In this document: in pieces, positions 1 through 12,234 of the stretch
How the letters are laid out: each line of letters begins with the position of its first letter
Numbering within the stretch: the first letter of the stretch is position 1
Source: Eledone cirrhosa
Lineage: Eukaryota
Length of the DNA: 64,000 nt
Direction of reading: 5' to 3'
Assembly: GCA_964016885.1 (NCBI GenBank)
Contig: OZ024757.1
Coordinates: 2,170,001 to 2,234,000, forward strand
Position numbers and translations under genes: made by a program
Notes under the pieces: generated by a model
Databases searched by the model: none
What the model was told of the DNA's origin: nothing
The model's input: the letters and a program-made list of their open reading frames with translations, nothing else

Positions 1-216
1 TTGCAATACACTTTATGCTTAATTAAAAGCATTTTGAAGACCGTAAGCTATTGTTTTAAAGTAGTGACAAATTCACTTACTTTGATCTCAGCAAACAGGG
101 GAGATAAGCCGACAAGTCCTGTTTGCTGAGATCAAAGTAAGTGAATTTGTCACTACTTTAAAACAATAGCTTACGGTCTTCAAAATGCTTTTAATTAAGC
201 ATAAAGTGTATTGCAA
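1..216. repeat. Perfect inverted repeat (99-bp arms 1-99 / 118-216, 18-bp spacer); may extend beyond the window start
   Basis: ttgcaataca...gcaaacagg is the reverse complement of cctgtttgc...tgtattgcaa. Confidence 0.9.
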
Positions 217-299
217 AATACATTATATATACATCCATATATATATTGCTATTTCAGAGCTCCAATTCTAATATATATTTATATATATATATAAATATA

Positions 300-352
300 T
301 ACTCTTTTACCTGTTTCAGCCATCCGGCTGAGGCCATGCTGGGGCACCGCCC
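300..352 (-). mobile_element. Isolated 3' tail of the LINE family seen at 32089-32480
   Basis: actcttttacctgtttcagccatccggctgaggccatgctggggcaccgcc is nearly identical to 32100-32150. Confidence 0.7.
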
Positions 353-421
353 TTACATATATATATATAAATATATATATAAATATGTATAAATATATAT
401 ATATAAATAAATATATGAATA

Positions 422-457
<36 letters not shown>

Positions 458-912
458 AATATATATATAAATATATAAATATATATATAAATATATATAT
501 ATAAATATATAAATATATATATATATAAATAAATATATATATAAATAAATATATATAAATAAATATATATATAAATAAATATATATAAACGGCCTGAGCT
601 CAGCCGTCGGGGTCTTACTTGTTCCTATATATAAATATATATATAAAAATATATAAATATATATATATATATAAATATATATATATATAAATATATATAT
701 ATAAATACATATATATATATAAATATATATATATATAAATATATATATATAAATACATATATATAAATACATATATATATATATAAATACATATATATAT
801 AAATACATATATATATAAATACATATATATAAATAAATATATATATATATAAATAAATATATATATATATAAATAAATATATATATATATAAATAAATAT
901 ATATATATATAA

Positions 913-951
<39 letters not shown>

Positions 952-1069
952 TATATCTATATATAAATATAAATATATATCTATATATAAATATAAAAAT
1001 ATATATATATATATAAATATATATATATAAATATATAAATATATATATAAATATATATATATAAATATA

Positions 1070-1458
1070 GATTTTGAGTTTATGTTGGTTGTATACCAAC
1101 ACCTCAGTATGCAGGCTGGAGCACTCGACGAAGTGCGCAGGTTGGTTTGGTTACTCCGGAGTAGTGTAAAATAAAGTTAAATAAAAGTCAAATGATTAAA
1201 ATTTAGCTTCGTTTATTACTGCTATATATATTTCAGTGACAGCCATCTTTGGCTGTGACCTCTTCAGGCAGTTTGAATTAGTATGGTATAGACAAGTACA
1301 TATGTTGTTTAGGTGTGTACATATGTTGTTTAGGTCTATACCATACTAATTCAAACTGCCTGAAGAGGTCACAGCCAAAGATGGCTGTCACTGAAATATA
1401 TATAGCAGTAATAAACGAAGCTAAATTTTAATCATTTGACTTTTATTTAACTTTATTT

Positions 1459-1460
<2 letters not shown>
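1070..1460. mobile_element. Fold-back Penelope-like remnant (arms ~1167-1293 / 1334-1460) in (TA)n
   Basis: ~127-bp near-perfect inverted arms, hammerhead motif in each arm, one-sided extension 1070-1166. Confidence 0.75.
1355..1409 (+). ncRNA. Minimal type-I hammerhead ribozyme motif (mirror copy on - strand at ~1217-1272)
   Basis: actgc CTGAAGA ggtcacagcc-aaagat-ggctgtcact GAAA tatata TA gcagt, then AATAAA; stem I actgc/gcagt. Confidence 0.8.
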
Positions 1461-1490
<30 letters not shown>

Positions 1491-1578
1491 AAAATATATA
1501 TATATATATATATATAAAAAAATATATATATATATATATATAAAAAAAATATATATATATATATAAAAATATATATAT

Positions 1579-1637
<59 letters not shown>

Positions 1638-1694
1638 AATATATAAAAAAAATATATATATATATATAAAAATATATATATATATATAAATATA

Positions 1695-1826
<132 letters not shown>

Positions 1827-1829
1827 AAT

Positions 1830-1866
<37 letters not shown>

Positions 1867-1887
1867 AATATATATATATAAATATAA

Positions 1888-1920
<33 letters not shown>

Positions 1921-1921
1921 A

Positions 1922-1952
<31 letters not shown>

Positions 1953-1957
1953 TAAAT

Positions 1958-2011
<54 letters not shown>

Positions 2012-2014
<3 letters not shown>

Positions 2015-2477
2015 AAATATTAAAAAAATAATGAATAAAACAATGAAACAGTTCCTTATATTAAACAAAAAAAGTTCATTATTTAACGATCGTTTCTAGG
2101 ATATATATGTGTTCGAATTGGCATGCATATTCAACAGATCTATGTACAAAATTATACAAAATTATACAAACTATCAAAATTAAATATACATACCAACACA
2201 TATAATTTTGTACATAGATCTGTTGAATATGCATGCCAATTCTAACACATATATATCCTAGAAACGATCGTTAAATAATGAACTTTTTTTGTTTAATATA
2301 AGGAACTGTTTCATTGTTTTATTCATTATTTTTTTAATATTTTATCTTGACTCTGTATTCCGTTTATCTTTCACCGAAAGTGATATTTCATTGCATCTCT
2401 TCTTTCCATGATATCCGGATTACATTGAGTTCTTCATACAGATTGGACACTACCGTAAACTCTTGGTAGATTTATCT
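2012..2477. mobile_element. Fold-back element (arms ~2012-2153 / 2202-2345) with degenerate hammerhead
   Basis: ~140-bp inverted arms; CTGTTGA...GAAAcgatcgTT at ~2220-2272; extension 2346-2477; TA flanks. Confidence 0.65.
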
Positions 2478-2588
2478 ACATATATATATATATATATATA
2501 AATATATATATAAATATATATATATAAATATATATATATAAATATATAAATATATATATAAATATATATATATAAATATATATATATA

Positions 2589-2622
<34 letters not shown>

Positions 2623-2720
2623 AATATATATATATAAATATATATATATAAATATATATATATAAATATATATATATAAATATATATATATAAATATATA
2701 TATATAAATATATATATATA

Positions 2721-2756
<36 letters not shown>

Positions 2757-3110
2757 AATATATATACATAAATATATGTAAAGTTATATTTAAAATTGTT
2801 GGGTTACAACTAGTAAATATTTATAACTGATATAAAAGCACTCGACAAATATTGTTAATATGATATCCCCAAAATATATATAATGAAATAAATATGGTTT
2901 TATAAATATAGTTTTCCATTTATTTAATATTGTATATATAAATATATATATATATACATATATATAAATATATATATAAATATATAAATATATATATAAA
3001 TATATATAAAAATATATATATATAAAAATATATATATATAAAAATATATATATATAAAAATATATATATATATATATAAATATAAATATATATATAAATA
3101 TATATATATA

Positions 3111-3176
<66 letters not shown>

Positions 3177-3261
3177 TATATATATATATATAAAAATATA
3201 TATATATATATATAAAAATATATATATATATATATATAAAAATATATATATATATATATAA

Positions 3262-3302
<41 letters not shown>

Positions 3303-3336
3303 TATATATATATATATATAAAAATATATATATATA

Positions 3337-3369
<33 letters not shown>

Positions 3370-3371
3370 AA

Positions 3372-3402
<31 letters not shown>

Positions 3403-3431
3403 TATATATATATAAATATATATATATAAAA

Positions 3432-3502
<71 letters not shown>

Positions 3503-3551
3503 AATATAAATATATATATATATATGATGATGATGATGATGATATAAATAT

Positions 3552-3642
<91 letters not shown>

Positions 3643-3656
3643 TATATATATATATA

Positions 3657-3849
3657 ATGAAGGAAATGTGGTAAGGAACCAGGTGGACCATAATGCACCA
3701 AAGTACTCAATACTTAGAGTAGTAGAGTGGGTAATAGGAACAAGTTAGACCCCGACGGCTGAGCTCAAGCCGTTTCGACGGCTAATTCTGTCCAGAATTA
3801 GCCGTCGAAACGGCTTGAGCTCAGCCGTCGGGGTCTTACTTGTTCCTAT
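3657..3849. mobile_element. Fold-back element (hairpin 3734-3849) holding the 3' half of a hammerhead
   Basis: Near-perfect hairpin; GAAA cggct-tgagctc-agccg TC gggg; related fragments at 588-627 and ~45619-45645. Confidence 0.7.
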
Positions 3850-3880
<31 letters not shown>

Positions 3881-4144
3881 ATATAAGATCAAAAGATGGT
3901 TAAAGGAGTTCCATGTATTTTATTATGCGCATTTCAAAAACAAACATCATCATGCAATAATATTTGTGTTTTCATCATATAAAAATATATACATATATAT
4001 AAAAATATATATATATATATATATATAAATATATATATAAATATATATATAAATATATAAATATATATATAAATATATATATATATAAATATATATATAA
4101 ATATATATATATATAAATATATATATAAATATATATATAAATAT

Positions 4145-4177
<33 letters not shown>

Positions 4178-4295
4178 TATAAATCTATATATATATATAT
4201 ATAAATCTATACATATATAAATATATAAATCTATATATATATAAATATATAAATCTATATATATATAAATATATATATATAAATATAAATCTATA

Positions 4296-4329
<34 letters not shown>

Positions 4330-4392
4330 AATATATATATAAATATATATATATATAAATATATATATATATAAATATATATATATAAATAT

Positions 4393-4525
4393 ATTGTTAT
4401 ACTTTGGGAGGGTCATGTTGCCAATAAGAAACACACGCACATGACCCTCCCAAAGTATAACAATATCGGTTTCAACACACGATTTCAGATAAAGAATCTT
4501 GCTAAACAAATTCAGAAACGAAATA
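4393..4525. mobile_element. Short fold-back element, same family as 6385-6787
   Basis: attgttatactttgggagggtcatgt / acatgaccctcccaaagtataacaat arms; termini and extension shared with 6385-6787. Confidence 0.65.
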
Positions 4526-4800
4526 TATAAATATAAATATATACATATAAATATATATATATAAATATATATATATAAATATAAATATATATATATAAAT
4601 ATATATATATAAATATATATATATAGAATCTCATCTATATTAAAACTTTTATACTCTGCAATGTATTGAGTACCTTACTTACTGTGGTTACCTCCGATTC
4701 AACCCGGAATAACGTACCTAAATATATAAATATAAATATATATATATATAAATATATATACATAAAAATATATATACATAAAAATATATATACATAAATA

Positions 4801-5141
4801 TGGCTTAGTGGTTAGAGCATTGGCCTTGCAATCGAAAGGTTGTGAGTTCAATTCTCAGACCGGGTGATGTGTTGTTTCCTTGAGCAAGACACTTTATTTC
4901 ACATTGCTCCAGTTTACTCAGCTGTAGAAATGAGATGATAGGGACTGAGGTCCCTATCATTCCACTGTAAAGTGGTCATGCAGGTGCCGCGGCAAAAAAG
5001 CACCCAGCACTCACTGTAAATGAGGTTGGTGTTAGGAAGGGCATCCAGCTGTAGAAATTAAGCCAGCATCAGTTCCCGTCCTACCCTTTCAAGCAGGGAA
5101 AAAGCGGACGTAAAATGAAATGATGATGATGATGATGATGA
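4801..5141 (+). mobile_element. tRNA-derived SINE with RTE-like 3' tail
   Basis: A box tggcttagtgg, B box gttcaattc, central ccttgagcaagacacttta block, (GAT)n tail; near-identical to 31036 and 39134 copies. Confidence 0.85.
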
Positions 5142-5154
5142 TATATATAAATAT

Positions 5155-5199
<45 letters not shown>

Positions 5200-5394
5200 T
5201 GATGAAGGACTAACTTTATTCATATATATATATAGTATTAAGGATACTATTTATGGTTATTTATATACTAAAACCTTTTATTGCTATATATATTTTAAAC
5301 CCTAAACAGTGAAAGACAGTAATTTATTACTACCTTATTACCAGTAAGATAAATAGCTCAATGTAATAGCATCAGTTGTTCTACAGAGCAGTTA

Positions 5395-5837
5395 TATAGA
5401 AATTACATGAATCAAAGTTCTGTTTAAACCATTTATTCGCTTACAATTGTTTCTTCCAAACCGAGGTTTGGAGTCTTCGGAGCAATTTTTCAATGATTAT
5501 TTACATACATGACCTCCTTTTCAACACAAGAGACATACAGAAACATGTATATATTGATGCACAGTGGGTTGACATCCATTATAATATGGCAATTTACATT
5601 CAAAGATTAAAGTCATATCAAAGAACAAAATTAAAGTTAAAATATAACATTGGCAGTTTACGAAGATAAAGCAAGAGGATAGTTTGAAGTAGTTAGTGTA
5701 TGCAATAGTTACACATGGGGCATGCACGTGTGTCTAGTTTATATAAGATTATAGTGCGGCAGGAAGACTCCAAACCTCGGTTTGGAAGAAACAATTGTAA
5801 GCGAATAAATGGTTTAAACAGAACTTTGATTCATGTA

Positions 5838-5846
<9 letters not shown>
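5395..5846 (-). mobile_element. Penelope-like remnant with inverted arms 5395-5478 / 5763-5846
   Basis: 84-bp perfect inverted arms; hammerhead at 5439-5483. Confidence 0.75.
5439..5483 (-). ncRNA. Minimal hammerhead motif, CCGAAGA core variant
   Basis: gct CCGAAGA ctccaaacc-tc-ggtttggaa GAAA caattg TA agc, then AATAAA. Confidence 0.7.
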
Positions 5847-5878
<32 letters not shown>

Positions 5879-5909
5879 TATATATATATATATAAATATA
5901 TATATATAT

Positions 5910-6105
5910 AAACATTGCACTCAGTGCTCCTGTGGGAGCCCCTACATGGACACACTGGAAGAGGAAGACCAAAGTTAACATATGTTGATGCCCTAAGGAC
6001 AGACACTGGTCTGTTGGAGACGCAGGACATGGCAGCGATAATGAGGGACAGAAACAGCTGGAGAGAACTCGTCCATGGAACTCGGGAATTTTACCTGCCC
6101 TAGAA
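5910..6105 (+). mobile_element. 3' fragment of an RTE-clade LINE ORF
   Basis: LLWEPLHGHTGRGRPKLTYVD...DRNSWRELV, typical RTE C-terminal RGRP motif. Confidence 0.65.
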
Positions 6106-6384
6106 TATATAAACATTTATGTACATATAGACACACACAGAGCACACATGTGCATCTGGCATATATATATATATAAGTAGGTCATGCAATTAAGATAGAA
6201 AAATTACATGAACTATATCTATATATATATACACAAATAAAAGGCAGAGTTACTAACTCATATTGATACTCTGTAATTAACAAGCTCAAAGTATAAATAC
6301 TGAGCATTATATAATAATATATGTAGTAATAAACACACGATTTACTGAGTTTATTACTACATATATTATTACATATCTATATAT

Positions 6385-6787
6385 TTCGTTGTTGTATTTG
6401 TTTGCAAGATTTCTTTTGTGTTGAAATAGATATTGTTATACTTTCGGAAGGTCACCTGTTGGTTTTCACTTCAATTTGTTATAAATTCCCAGTTGGTTAG
6501 TTTAATAACCACATGGTTTTTTTAGTTGTTGATAGTCAAAGCTCTTTCATCACACATTCTGTGACCTCCTCAGTGTCTACATTTGTTGTTATTTTGTATC
6601 TCTTCTGTGTTCTATCTGACACCATCTGAGGAGGTCACAGAATGTGACAAAAGAGCTTTGATTATCAACAACTAAACAACCATCTAGTTATTAAACTAAC
6701 CAACTGGAAGTTCATGATAAATTGAAGTGAAAATCAACAGGTGCCTGTGTTTTTATTGGCAGCATGACCCTACCAAAGTATGACAAT
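6385..6787. mobile_element. Older, diverged fold-back element (arms ~6432-6577 / 6619-6787) with decayed hammerhead
   Basis: Imperfect inverted arms; CTGAGGA ggtcacagaatgtg(tg)a..GAAA/AAAA gagcttt. Confidence 0.6.
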
Positions 6788-6827
6788 ATATATATACATC
6801 TCTTTCTCTCTCTCTCTCTCTTTTAAG

Positions 6828-8960
6828 GTACCTCAACTGTTCATTTGTGGAAAATACTGTGGTGGTCCAAAAAAGATCTTCTATTGGCACAAATCAGGGC
6901 AACTGGTTGCGAGAATTAATGAATGCATGGGTATAACTGGAGACTCAGTGACTACTAAGGTACCTGCAGACACAGTGACTACTAAGGTACCTGCAGACAC
7001 AGAAGCTAAAGAGGTACATGGAGACACAGAAGCTAAAGAGGTACATGGAGACACAGAAGCTAAAGAGGTACATGGAGACACAGAAGCTAAAGAGGTACAT
7101 GGAGACACAGAAGCTAAAGAGGTACCTGGAGATACAGAAGCTAAAGAGGTACCTGGAGATACAGAAGCTAAAGAGGTACCTGGAGATACAGAAGCTAAAG
7201 AGGTGCCTGTAGACACAGAAGCTAAAGAGGTGCCTGTAGACACAGAAGCTAAAGAGGTGCCTGTAGACACAGAAGCTAAAGAGGTACCTGGAGACACAGA
7301 AGCTAAAGAGGTACCTGTAGACACAGAAGCTAAAGAGGTGCCTGTAGACACAGAAGCTAAAGAGGTGCCTGTAGACACAGAAGCTAAAGAGGTGCCTGTA
7401 GACACAGAAGCTAAAGAGGTGCCTGTAGACACAGAAGCTAAAGAGGTGCCTGTAGACACAGAAGCTAAAGAGGTGCCTGTAGACACAGAAGCTAAAGAGG
7501 TGCCTATAGACACAGAAGCTAAAGAGGTGCCTATAGACACAGAAGCTAAAGAGGTGCCTGTAGACACAGAAGCTAAAGAGGTACCTGCAGACTCAGTGAC
7601 TACTGAGTTACCTGCAGACTCAGTGACTAAGGAGGTAATTACAGACTCAGAAAGTGAGCTACCTTCAGACTCAGTGACTACTGAGGTACTTGCGGACACA
7701 GAAACTAATGGTGTACCTGGAGAGCCAATATCTAAGGATATACCAGAAAAACGAATAACTAATGGTGATTCTACAGAATCAGTAACTACATTAAGTGAGG
7801 TACTTACAGACTCAGTAACTAGGGGGGAACGTAGAGACTCAGTAACTAAGGGGGAACCTAGAGACTCAGTAACTAAAGACTCGATAATTAAGGGGGTACG
7901 TAGAGACTTGGCAACTAGAGACTCGATAATTAAGATGGTACGTATAGGCTCGGTAACTAAGGAGATATCTAGAGACTCTATAACTAATGTGGTACATAGA
8001 GACACAGTACCTTATGAACCACTTGAAGACCCAACAACCAATAATGTACCTGGAGACTCGGAAACTACTAAGGTACCGTTAGAGCCAACAAGTCCTGAGG
8101 TACCTGGAGACTCAGAAACTACTGAGGTACCAGTAGAGCCAACAAGTCCTGAGGTACCTGGAGACTCAGAAACTACTGAGGTACCAGTAGAGCCAACAAG
8201 TCCTGTGGTACCTGGAGACTCAGAAACTACTGAGGTACCAGTAGAGCCAACAAGTCCTGAGGTACCTGGAGACTCAGAAACTACTGAGGTACCAGTAGAG
8301 CCAACAAGTCCTGAGGTACCTGGAGACTCAGAAACTACTGAGGTACCAGTAGAGCCAACAAGTCCTGTGGTACCTGGAGACTCAGAAACTACTGAGGTAC
8401 CAGTAGAGCCAACAAGTCCTGTGGTACCTGGAGACTCAGAAACTACTGAGGTACCAGTAGAGCCAACAAGTCCTGAGGTACCTGGAGACTCAGAAACTAC
8501 TGAGGTACCAGTAGAGCCAACAAGTCCTGAGGTACCTGGAGACTCAGAAACTACTGAAGTACCAGTAGAGCCAACAAGTCCTGAGGTACCTGGAGACTCA
8601 GAAACTACTGAAGTACCAGTAGAGCCAACAAGTCCTGAGGTACCTGGAGACTCAGAAACTACTGAGGTACCAGTAGAGCCAACAAGTCCTGAGGTACCTG
8701 GAGACTCAGAAACTACTGAGGTACCAGTAGAGCCAACAAGTCCTGAGGTACCTGGAGACTCAGAAACTACTGAAGTACCAGTAGAGCCAACAAGTCCTGA
8801 GGTACCTGGAGACTCAGAAACTACTGAGGTACCTGGGGACTCAACAAATAAGGTACCTGCAGGCTCCGTAACAAATATGGAACCTGAAGAATCAACAACT
8901 AATGGTGTACCTGGAGAATCAATAATTAATGAGGTATCTACAGTACCTGAAGATATCTAA
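6828..8960 (+). CDS. Terminal exon of a glutaredoxin-domain protein with long acidic Pro/Thr/Glu/Val tandem-repeat tail; upstream exons not found in the window
   Basis: Polypyrimidine tract + ttttaag acceptor at 6827; VPQLFICGKYCGG...KSGQL matches the glutaredoxin C-terminal (T)VPQIFIxGKxIGG...SGxL motif; 2.1 kb open frame. Confidence 0.75.
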   Translation, partial: VPQLFICGKYCGGPKKIFYWHKSGQLVARINECMGITGDSVTTKVPADTVTTKVPADTEAKEVHGDTEAKEVHGDTEAKEVHGDTEAKEVHGDTEAKEVPGDTEAKEVPGDTEAKEVPGDTEAKEVPVDTEAKEVPVDTEAKEVPVDTEAKEVPGDTEAKEVPVDTEAKEVPVDTEAKEVPVDTEAKEVPVDTEAKEVPVDTEAKEVPVDTEAKEVPVDTEAKEVPIDTEAKEVPIDTEAKEVPVDTEAKEVPADSVTTELPADSVTKEVITDSESELPSDSVTTEVLADTETNGVPGEPISKDIPEKRITNGDSTESVTTLSEVLTDSVTRGERRDSVTKGEPRDSVTKDSIIKGVRRDLATRDSIIKMVRIGSVTKEISRDSITNVVHRDTVPYEPLEDPTTNNVPGDSETTKVPLEPTSPEVPGDSETTEVPVEPTSPEVPGDSETTEVPVEPTSPVVPGDSETTEVPVEPTSPEVPGDSETTEVPVEPTSPEVPGDSETTEVPVEPTSPVVPGDSETTEVPVEPTSPVVPGDSETTEVPVEPTSPEVPGDSETTEVPVEPTSPEVPGDSETTEVPVEPTSPEVPGDSETTEVPVEPTSPEVPGDSETTEVPVEPTSPEVPGDSETTEVPVEPTSPEVPGDSETTEVPVEPTSPEVPGDSETTEVPGDSTNKVPAGSVTNMEPEESTTNGVPGESIINEVSTVPEDI
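6996..7589 (+). repeat. Coding 27-bp tandem repeat, ~22 copies (DTEAKEVPV)
   Basis: gacacagaagctaaagaggtgcctgta units. Confidence 0.95.
8047..8835 (+). repeat. Coding 54-bp tandem repeat, ~14 copies (VPGDSETTEVPVEPTSPE)
   Basis: Direct reading. Confidence 0.95.
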
Positions 8961-9244
8961 TTAGGTATCTGGATATTTGACCACTAATAACATACCTGGA
9001 CATTTGACCACTAATAACATACCTGGACAACTGGCCGCTAATAACATACCTGGACAATTATCAACTATTAATTAATTAATTTTGTCACTCTGTTTTATAC
9101 TAGACAGGTATGAGATTGGGAACTACAGACATTGGTGTATGACTTAGCCAAGGCAGGATAAAAGAAACCAGGGTTTTCTAGGTGAGAAAGCAACTAAGAT
9201 CCCAGCACCTGTTCACAAGAAACTGAGTTAAAAGTACATGAACG

Positions 9245-9726
9245 TAGGTCTACACATAGATTGGTGACTTAGTACACAGTTTTAGGTTTACACATAGGTT
9301 GGTGACTTAGTACACAGTTTTAAGTCTACATAGATTGGTGACCGAGTACACAGTTTTAAGTCTACACAGATTGTTGACTTAGTACAGTTTTAGGTCTACA
9401 CAGACTGGTGACTTAGTACACAGTTTTAGGTCTACAGACTGGTGACTTAGTACACAGTTTTAGGTCTACACAGACTGGTGACTTAGTACACAGTTTTAGG
9501 TCTACACAGACTGGTGACTTATTACAGTTTTAGGTCTACAGACTGGTGACTTAGTACAGTTTTAGGTCTACACACAGATTGATGTCCTAGTACACAGTTT
9601 TAAGTCTACACATAGATTGGTGACTTAGTACCCAGTTTTAAGTCTACACATAGATTGGTGACTTAGTACACAGTTTTAGGTCTACACATAGATTGGTGAC
9701 TTAGTACACAGTTTTAGGTCTACACA
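9245..9726. repeat. ~36-40-bp minisatellite
   Basis: cacatagattggtgacttagtacacagttttaggtcta units. Confidence 0.9.
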
Positions 9727-9792
9727 TTGAAAAGCAAGTGTATCTAATTAACAATTATAATATTTAAAGTTTTTGCAAAATTGTTCCTTCAC

Positions 9793-11758
9793 ATATCTTA
9801 ATATATATTTAAAATGGGACAGAGTCTCAGGATCATAGCTATGTCTTAATATATATCTAAAATGGGACAGGATCATAGCTATGTCTTAATATATATTTAA
9901 AATGGGACAGTGTCACAGGATCATAACTATCTTAATGTATATTTAAAATGGGACAATGTCACAGGATCATAGCTATGTCTTAATATATATTTAAAATGGG
10001 ACAGTATCTCAGGTATATATTTAAAATGGGACAGTATCTCAGGATCATAGCTATGTCTTAATGTATATTTAAAATGGGACAGTGTCTCAGGATCATAGCT
10101 ATATCTTAATATATATTTAAAATGGGACAGGATCATAGCTATGTCTTAATATATATTTAAAATGGGACAATGTCTCAGGATCATAGCTATATCTTAATAT
10201 ATATTTAAAATGGGACAGTCTCAGGATCATAGCTATGTCTTAAAATATATTTAAAATGGGACAGTCACAGGATCATAGCTATGTCTTAATATATATTTAA
10301 AATAGGACAATGTCTCAGGATCATCGCTATGTCTTAATATATATTTAAAATGGGACAGTGTCTCAGGATCATAGCTATATCTTAATATATATTTAAAATG
10401 GGACAGTCTCAGGATCATAGCTATGTCTTAATATATATTTAAAATGGGACAATGTCACAGGATCATAGCTATATCTTAATATATATTTAAAATGGGACAG
10501 TGTCTCAGGATCATAGCTATGTCTTAATATATATTTAAAATGGAACAGTCTCAGGATTATAGCTATATCTTAATATATATTTAAAATGGGACAGGATCAT
10601 AGATATGTCATAATATATATTTAAAATGGGACAGTGTCACAGGATCATAACTATCTTAATGTATATTTAAAATGGGACAATGTCACAGGATCATAGCTGT
10701 CTTAATATATATTTAAAATGGGACAGTATCTCAGGATCATAGCTATGTCTTAATGTATATTTAAAATGGGACAGTGTCTCAGGATCATAGCTATATCTTA
10801 ATATATATTTAAAATGGGACAGGATCATAGCTATGTCTTAATATATATTTAAAATGGGACAATGTCTCAGGATCATAGCTATATCTTAATATATATTTAA
10901 AATGGGACAGTCTCAGGATCATAGCTATGTCTTAAAATATATTTAAAATGGGACAGTCACAGGATCATAGCTATGTCTTAATATATATTTAAAATGGGAC
11001 AATGTCTCAGGATCATAGCTATGTCTTAATATATATTTAAAATGGGACAGGATCATAGCTATATCTTAATATATATTTAAAATGGGACAATGTCTCAGGA
11101 TCATAGCTATATCTTAATATATATTTAAAATGGGACAGTCTCAGGATCATAGCTATGTCTTAAAATATATTTAAAATGGGACAGTCACAGGATCATAGCT
11201 ATGTCTTAATATATATTTAAAATGGGACAATCTCAGGATCATAGCTATGTCTTAATATATATTTAAAATGGGACAGGATCATAGCTATATCTTAATATAT
11301 ATTTAAAATGGGACAATGTCTCAGGATCATAGCTATATCTTAATATATATTTAAAATGGGACAGTCTCAGGATCATAGCTATGTCTTAATATATATATAA
11401 AATGGGACAGTCTCAGGATCATAGCTATGTCTTAATATATATTTAAAATGGGACAATGTCTCAGGATCATAGCTATATCTTAATATATATTTAAAATGGG
11501 ACAATGTCTCAGGATCATAGCTATGTCTTAATATATATTTAAAATGGGACAATGTCTCAGGATCATAGCTATGTCTTAATATATATTTAAAATGGGATAA
11601 TGTCACATGATCATAGCTATATCTTAATATATATTTAAAATGGGACAATGTCTCAGGATCATAGCTATGTCTTAATATATATTTAAAATGGGATAATGTC
11701 ACATGATCATAGCTATATCTTAATATATATTTAAAATGGGACAATGTCTCAGGATCAT
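9793..11758. repeat. ~48-bp minisatellite (39/46/48-bp variants)
   Basis: atgtcttaatatatatttaaaatgggacagtgtctcaggatcatagct units. Confidence 0.95.
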
Positions 11759-12142
11759 GAGGCCTTTATGTAGCGCAATTAGCTGGAATGTAAACCCAAT
11801 GCTGGGTAAACCTTAGTTTCAACACTGGGTACATCTTTGTTAGAACACTGAGTAAACCTATGTTACAATACTGGGTATGTTACACTGCTGGGTATGTTAC
11901 AGTGCTACGTATGTTACAGTACTGGGTATGTTATACTGCTGGTAACATGTTTGAAACATTATATAATATTGTTAAATAAATCAAACAATCTTCTAACAGT
12001 TTATGTCTTAAAGTTATTTCTTTTATTGTTCTCGGTCCCCAGACTGACCAGAATTATATTTCATTATTTATTTATATATAAAATAAAGTACCAGTAATGC
12101 ACTGGGTAATTGCTGGCCTTGTGCCTAACGTAGAAACATTTA

Positions 12143-12210
<68 letters not shown>

Positions 12211-12234
12211 TATATATACACACACACACACACA

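Noticed and set aside
4801-4862. tRNA gene (also at 31036 and 39134)
   Set aside because: A and B boxes are present but there is no complete cloverleaf, and the sequence continues into a SINE body and tail.
5198-5230. CTGATGA at ~5199 as a hammerhead
   Set aside because: No downstream GAAA or pairing stems.
6881-8005. 374-aa Ser/Thr-rich ORF on the minus strand
   Set aside because: Antisense shadow of the coding 27-bp repeat; the plus frame has the domain motif and splice acceptor.
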